The notes below the pieces were generated by a model. The model saw only the letters and a list, made by a program, of their open reading frames with translations. It did no database searches and was not told the DNA's origin. A stretch of DNA of 64,000 bases from Lachnospiraceae bacterium (GTDB lineage Bacteria; Bacillota; Clostridia; Lachnospirales; Lachnospiraceae), in contig JBNRML010000073.1 in assembly GCA_050309585.1 (NCBI GenBank), forward strand, positions 7,950 through 71,949. Direction: 5' to 3'. The stretch's first letter is position 1. The number at the start of each line of letters is the position of its first letter. A program made the position numbers and the translations under genes. Below are positions 57,710 to 64,000 of the stretch, one piece after another.

Positions 57710-57856
57710 TTTTTCCTCCTTTATTTTTTACTTGCACAACGTTTTAATTTGTGATATAAATTGTATATGCATATATCTCATTTGTCAACATTTATTTTTT
57801 TTAACCGTAAAAAATATTTGGCTCTGAACAGCAACATTTTTATAAATAATGTATAC

Positions 57857-57885
57857 TTGCCTTTATACTGTATATATTTTAAAAT
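57857..57885 (+). promoter_or_regulatory. sigmaA-like promoter for the DUF885 gene leader
   Basis: TTGCCT, 17-nt spacer, TAAAAT; a second candidate TTGCAC-17-TATAAA lies at 57732-57760. Confidence 0.55.
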
Positions 57886-58010
57886 GAGCTATAGTTATTT
57901 GTAACTGTAAAAATATATTTGGCGGATACGCCACACCGAGGAAACGTCAGTTTTTGAGGTTGCTCTGAACAGTTGCAGTTATTTTTAATCACCTGCAGAT
58001 ATGGAGGATA

Positions 58011-58119
58011 GTGTGAAAAATCACACTGAAGTGCTGATTTTTCACACAGCTATTTGCTTCTGAGCGAAGGCAAATAGCCTTAGTGGCAGAAGAGAAACTG
58101 CCTTCGCAGATTTCTCTTC
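58011..58119. repeat. three consecutive inverted repeats (REP/MITE-like or structured leader)
   Basis: gtgtgaaaaatca/tgatttttcacac; gctatttgc/gcaaatagc; gaagagaaa/tttctcttc. Confidence 0.8.
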
Positions 58120-58156
58120 GCCTCTTCGCATAAAGACGCTCAGAAATGAGGATTTT

Positions 58157-59962
58157 ATGAAAAAACATTACAAATCAATTATTTCGTTGATTCTGATAAC
58201 GACATTGTTGTTTACAGCCTGTCAGAGTCCATTTAGTAAAAAGGAAACAAAAAAACCACAAAAGCCTGCCATAAGTTCCAACCGGACTTTTACAGAGCAG
58301 GATATAAAGGAACAGAAAGCTTTTGATAAATACACTGAAACCCTGTTTGTAGACATACTTTCAGAAAGCTCTCTTTCAGTTCACTCATTTCTTTCTTTTC
58401 CTGAAAAATATGGTTTGGATGATGCCCCTAATATTCTGGGTGATCCATCCCTGGAAGCCTACGAAGAAGATTTACAGAAAAAAGACGGTTATCTGAACGA
58501 ATTAAGTGGGTTTAATTATGCCTCCCTTACTGATGAGCAGCAGCTTACTTACGACATTCTCAAAACAGAATTTGAAGATACAAAGAATGGAAAGGATTTT
58601 TACTGGTTTAGCAATTATTTTTCACCAATGTCCGGGGTTCAAACAGGCTACCCTTCCTTTTTTGGACAATTTGAGATAAACAGAGAAAAGGATGTCATTG
58701 ATTATCTTGAGCTAATAAAACAATTTCCTACTTTTTTTAATGACCTTATTTCATATCAGGAGAAAAAAACTGAAAAAGGAATGGGTATGCCTGATTATCA
58801 GATAGACAAGGTAATTGACCAATGTGAAGAATTTATCAGTGATGCTGACAATCACTTTTTAATTACAACTTTTAATGACAGAATAAATGCTCTATCAGAT
58901 ATTTCAGATGCCCAAAAACAAGAGTATTCTGAACAAAACAATCAAATTGTAAAAGAAATTATTATTCCGACATACAAAAACCTGATTGATAAATTAACAT
59001 TGCTTAAAGGAAAGGCTGTTTGCGAAGGCGGTCTCTCCAATTTTGATAATGGAAAAGAAGCCTACGAATACCTTGTCCGCTCGTACACCTGCTCAGATAA
59101 ATCAGTTGATGAAATTAAGGATTTACTTGAAGAAAATTATACATCTGACCTGGCATCAGTTCTTACAATTGCTTCAATGGACCCAGATATTTTTGATAAA
59201 TCATGTAATTATCCGATAAACACCAAAGACTGTGATGGAGTCATTGAATATCTTATTGATAAAATCAAGGATGATTTTCCTGGTGGATATAATACTGAAT
59301 ACACTGTCAATGATGTGCCAAAAAGTATTGAAAAATATGATAATCCTGCGTATTATTATGTTCCCCATATTGATAATACTTCGAGAAATAATATATACAT
59401 TAACCGCTATGAAACCTATGCAGATCTGGACTTATATCCTGTATTAGCCCATGAAGCTTTTCCCGGACATATGTACCAGACAACATATTTTCAAAACAAG
59501 TTGCCGGCAAATATCCGCCATTTATTGCGTTATGACGGATATATAGAAGGTTGGGGATTATATGCTGAGCTATATTCCTACAGTTTATCTGGTCAGCCAA
59601 AAAGTGTAGTTAATTTTAATGTTTCCTCAAACTGCCTGACTTATGATATTTATTGTCTTTGCGATATCGGTATAAATTACGAAGGCTGGACAAGAGAAGA
59701 TACCATTGATTTTGTCAAAAATATTGGCTACGAAGCCGAGTTGGGCGATGAAATATTTGAGACCATGGTGGAAAATCCAGGTATTTATTTAGCATACTAT
59801 ATTGGTTATTTAGAATATATGGAACTTCGCAATGAAGCCCAGAAAACCCTTGATAAAAACTTTTCAATGAAAGAATTCCATAGGTTCATACTGGATATTG
59901 GTCCCTGTCAATTTGAAATACTGAGAAATCGCTTTGAAATTTGGCTAAATGAACAAAAATAG
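58157..59962 (+). CDS. DUF885 family lipoprotein (metallopeptidase-like)
   Basis: Lipobox FTAC; LAHEAFPGHMYQ and YIEGWGLYAE; YLAYYIGYLE. Confidence 0.9.
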   Translation: MKKHYKSIISLILITTLLFTACQSPFSKKETKKPQKPAISSNRTFTEQDIKEQKAFDKYTETLFVDILSESSLSVHSFLSFPEKYGLDDAPNILGDPSLEAYEEDLQKKDGYLNELSGFNYASLTDEQQLTYDILKTEFEDTKNGKDFYWFSNYFSPMSGVQTGYPSFFGQFEINREKDVIDYLELIKQFPTFFNDLISYQEKKTEKGMGMPDYQIDKVIDQCEEFISDADNHFLITTFNDRINALSDISDAQKQEYSEQNNQIVKEIIIPTYKNLIDKLTLLKGKAVCEGGLSNFDNGKEAYEYLVRSYTCSDKSVDEIKDLLEENYTSDLASVLTIASMDPDIFDKSCNYPINTKDCDGVIEYLIDKIKDDFPGGYNTEYTVNDVPKSIEKYDNPAYYYVPHIDNTSRNNIYINRYETYADLDLYPVLAHEAFPGHMYQTTYFQNKLPANIRHLLRYDGYIEGWGLYAELYSYSLSGQPKSVVNFNVSSNCLTYDIYCLCDIGINYEGWTREDTIDFVKNIGYEAELGDEIFETMVENPGIYLAYYIGYLEYMELRNEAQKTLDKNFSMKEFHRFILDIGPCQFEILRNRFEIWLNEQK

Positions 59963-60036
59963 TGCCTTTTAGAACATATTATGGTAAAATAACATTTATA
60001 ATTGAGTTAATAATATATTTTTACAAGGAGGCAAAT

Positions 60037-60204
60037 ATGGATAATCTTTTTAATCCTGAAGAATTAGAAGATGCATTAAAATTATTTAATGACACAAACG
60101 AGGAACAGACTGAAAAAATCTTAAGTTCTAATATGTCTGCCGAAATGCTGGCTTCTCAAAAAAGATATGAAGACTATATAAAAAAGCATAAAGGGGACAA
60201 CTAA
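60037..60204 (+). CDS. small hypothetical protein (55 aa)
   Basis: Perfect AAGGAGG RBS before ATG 60037 (MDNLFNPEE...). Confidence 0.7.
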   Translation: MDNLFNPEELEDALKLFNDTNEEQTEKILSSNMSAEMLASQKRYEDYIKKHKGDN

Positions 60205-60285
60205 TAAATCAATTAAATATTGACTAATTAAGTAAAAACTGATGCACTAATATTAATAGTTTATTAAAACTGGATTGGAGTAACT

Positions 60286-60771
60286 ATGGGAAAAAAGGCA
60301 ACAAAAGCAGCAGATAATATGTACTGCCGCGCCAGATATGAAGCATCTGAGGCTGATGACACTTTTTCAAGCCGTGAAAAAGCCTCTGAAGTCTTAAATA
60401 TAGACAGAACAAGATTGGCTAATATTGAGTTAGGTAATATCATACCTTATCCAGAAGAAGTTCTTGCAATGTCTAAATGTTATAAAACACCCGAACTGTG
60501 TAACTCACATTGTTCGGAACAATGTCCAATTGGAATACATACTGTCCCTAAAGTTGTGATAGATGATTTTGACCGTTTATCACTTAAGGTTCTTGGTTCA
60601 ATTAAGGATATTGACCATATCAGAACATCTTTAATTGCCATTTCTGAAGATGGCCGCGTAAACCCTGATGAAAGAGAAGATTTTAAGAACATCTTAGATT
60701 CCTTGGAAAAGATTTCAACCAACGCAGCCGCTTTAAAAATCTGGGCAGAAAAAAATGTAAAATTTGATTAA
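60286..60771 (+). CDS. XRE-like helix-turn-helix protein, phage-regulator type
   Basis: SREKASEVLNIDRTRLANIELG HTH; PEEVLAM...PELCNSHCSEQCPIG. Confidence 0.8.
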   Translation: MGKKATKAADNMYCRARYEASEADDTFSSREKASEVLNIDRTRLANIELGNIIPYPEEVLAMSKCYKTPELCNSHCSEQCPIGIHTVPKVVIDDFDRLSLKVLGSIKDIDHIRTSLIAISEDGRVNPDEREDFKNILDSLEKISTNAAALKIWAEKNVKFD

Positions 60772-60774
60772 CAG

Positions 60775-60818
60775 AAAACAGCCAGGTGGATTTCCAATAA
60801 TCCATCCGGCTGTTTTTT
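60775..60818. terminator. bidirectional terminator between convergent genes
   Basis: aaaacagcc..ggatt..aatcc..ggctgtttttt. Confidence 0.8.
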
Positions 60819-60842
60819 ACATACTTTTCTTTACTTACCATT

Positions 60843-61841
60843 TTATGCCTTGACAACTTTTTCAATTATCCAATCATAAATGTCCCCAAATACTGTTTTA
60901 TTAATTGTCTCGTTTAATATCTCATGTCTGCAGCCCTCATATAATTCCATAGACATATTTTTTATTCCTGCAAGCTTATACTGTTCAAAAATCGTCTTAA
61001 CATCTTCTCCATACTTTCCTACAGGATCTTCCATACCGGAGATGAAATTTATTACTAAATCCTTTGATATTCTGTCTATATTTTCAGGTCTGTTAATATA
61101 TTTCATAACCTCCACAAGCATATTAATGCCATTCATGGTAAATGGAACACCGCATTTTTCATCATTTATATATTCTTCAACTACATTAGTATCTGAACAT
61201 ATCCAATCATACTTTGTTGATGGATTTTTAATCTTCTTATTGAAGCTTCCAAATAAAAACTCATTTGCAAACTCACTTCTATAACGGTCTCCTTTTGCTA
61301 CTGTAATGGATTTTGCCAGTCCCTCAGCAAATTTTAATGCCTTGCTTTCATAATTTCCTGTTCCAACAATAATTGCCGCATCAATCACATTTTTGTAGTC
61401 TATGATATACCTTCTCACAAAAAATGACCCCATGCTATGACCAAGAAGAATGTATGGAATACCTGGATAATGTTTCTTTACAACCATTGTGATATGATGC
61501 AAATCCTTTACTGCCATTGCACTTGAATTTACTTTTTCAAGATTTCTTTTGCTTAATCCCTTTATTGGTATTGAAAAATAACCCATATCCTCCGGCCCGT
61601 TTATTGATTTTCCGTGCCCCATATGATCATTTCCAACCACCAGTATTCCTCGTTCTGCCATATACTGTGCAAATTTCTCATATCGCCCGATATGTTCCTG
61701 CATTCCATGGGATAACTGAAGTATAGCTATAATTTCACCTGTTGGTATCCACATTTTTCCATATATCTCTGTGTAGTTATTATTTGATAAAAACTTGAAT
61801 TCTCTTGTAGTAAAACTTTTTTCTATCATCTCTTTATTCAC
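60843..61841 (-). CDS. alpha/beta hydrolase (lysophospholipase/monoacylglycerol lipase type)
   Basis: SHGMQEH, NDHMGHGKS, nucleophile GHSMG, RHEILNE; downstream of glpK. Confidence 0.9.
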   Translation of the reverse strand: MNKEMIEKSFTTREFKFLSNNNYTEIYGKMWIPTGEIIAILQLSHGMQEHIGRYEKFAQYMAERGILVVGNDHMGHGKSINGPEDMGYFSIPIKGLSKRNLEKVNSSAMAVKDLHHITMVVKKHYPGIPYILLGHSMGSFFVRRYIIDYKNVIDAAIIVGTGNYESKALKFAEGLAKSITVAKGDRYRSEFANEFLFGSFNKKIKNPSTKYDWICSDTNVVEEYINDEKCGVPFTMNGINMLVEVMKYINRPENIDRISKDLVINFISGMEDPVGKYGEDVKTIFEQYKLAGIKNMSMELYEGCRHEILNETINKTVFGDIYDWIIEKVVKA

Positions 61842-61923
61842 GACTCGCTCCCTTCCGCCGCGTTCTTCACCGCAACCAATACCTATCTTTACAGCCTTTT
61901 CAAAATAAATTTTTCGTATCTGT

Positions 61924-63447
<1,524 letters not shown>

Positions 63448-63496
63448 TCACATTGTATACTTACTCTTTGTATTCAATTCATAATTTGTTTCACTC

Positions 63497-64000
63497 TTAA
63501 CCTTGCTCCACCACAATATTTCCTTTACCATCTGACGTGCAATGCACATTTCCCTGGCAGTTAAAATAATATTTTGAACCTATTTCCTCCATCTCATAAA
63601 TAATGCTCGTTGACACTTTTTCCTCAGACTCCGGCGTAATCACAACATATTTTGGAGATACTTCATCCAATAATTCAATATTATTCATCAACAGTTCACC
63701 ATGATACGGAAATTTTAGAACATCTGCCTTCAAAAAGTCCCTGCCTAATAATTCATTTATATGTTCTTCTTCCACATCCCCTGTAAATAAAAAGCTGTCC
63801 TGACCATAAATAACCTTTGTAACCAGGGAATAATCATTTTCTTTTTCATAATGTGTTTTTTCACCCGGATATATTGTAATAGAAATGTTTTCCCCCTCAA
63901 TAATCGTCTCTTCTTTAATGTAATTGAGAAGATATCTCTTTCCATTTTTCTCAAGATACTTCATAAACTTTGCGTACTTGTTACCCTCGTCAACATAATC
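63497..64000 (-). CDS. 3' part of a ComEC/Rec2-type metallo-beta-lactamase-fold hydrolase (partial)
   Basis: SFLFTGDVEE, ADVLKFPYHG, SPKYVVIT; frame open to the window edge (DYVDEGNKYAKFMKY...). Confidence 0.75.
   Translation of the reverse strand, partial: DYVDEGNKYAKFMKYLEKNGKRYLLNYIKEETIIEGENISITIYPGEKTHYEKENDYSLVTKVIYGQDSFLFTGDVEEEHINELLGRDFLKADVLKFPYHGELLMNNIELLDEVSPKYVVITPESEEKVSTSIIYEMEEIGSKYYFNCQGNVHCTSDGKGNIVVEQG

Noticed and set aside
59962-60036. GTG-start extension of the small ORF (80 aa in the track)
   Set aside because: No RBS, while the downstream ATG at 60037 has a perfect AAGGAGG.

Overview
A ~64-kb chromosomal window from a low-GC, spore-forming, flagellated Firmicute. 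Gene content and order are most consistent with Lachnospiraceae (inference). Nearly all genes are on the minus strand. The housekeeping backbone comprises cysK, split transketolase, recR-ybaB-dnaX-pfkA, SRP RNA, tadA, rsmA-tatD-metG and glpK. Accessory or unusual content: (1) a ~24-kb cell-surface block in which a cpsBCD/LCP/priming-transferase module has no adjacent glycosyltransferases or flippase and instead leads into two Cwp84-like papain proteases with 96-aa C-terminal repeats, a transglutaminase-like ClW protein, an O-antigen-ligase-like protein, an MCP and a ~1640-aa giant flagellin with about 11 repeated modules; (2) a type III Wadjet/MksBEF-like JetABC trio with no JetD nuclease, preceded by a tiny duplicated Cys-rich protein; (3) an Rpn-family nuclease cassette bracketed by a duplicated terminator, with a likely internal antitoxin start, next to an IS200 5-prime remnant; (4) an RpoD-like protein lacking promoter-melting residues and region 4; (5) several unexplained intergenic palindromic elements. 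No CRISPR array, rRNA or tRNA was seen. All calls come from motif reading by eye; no database searches were run.
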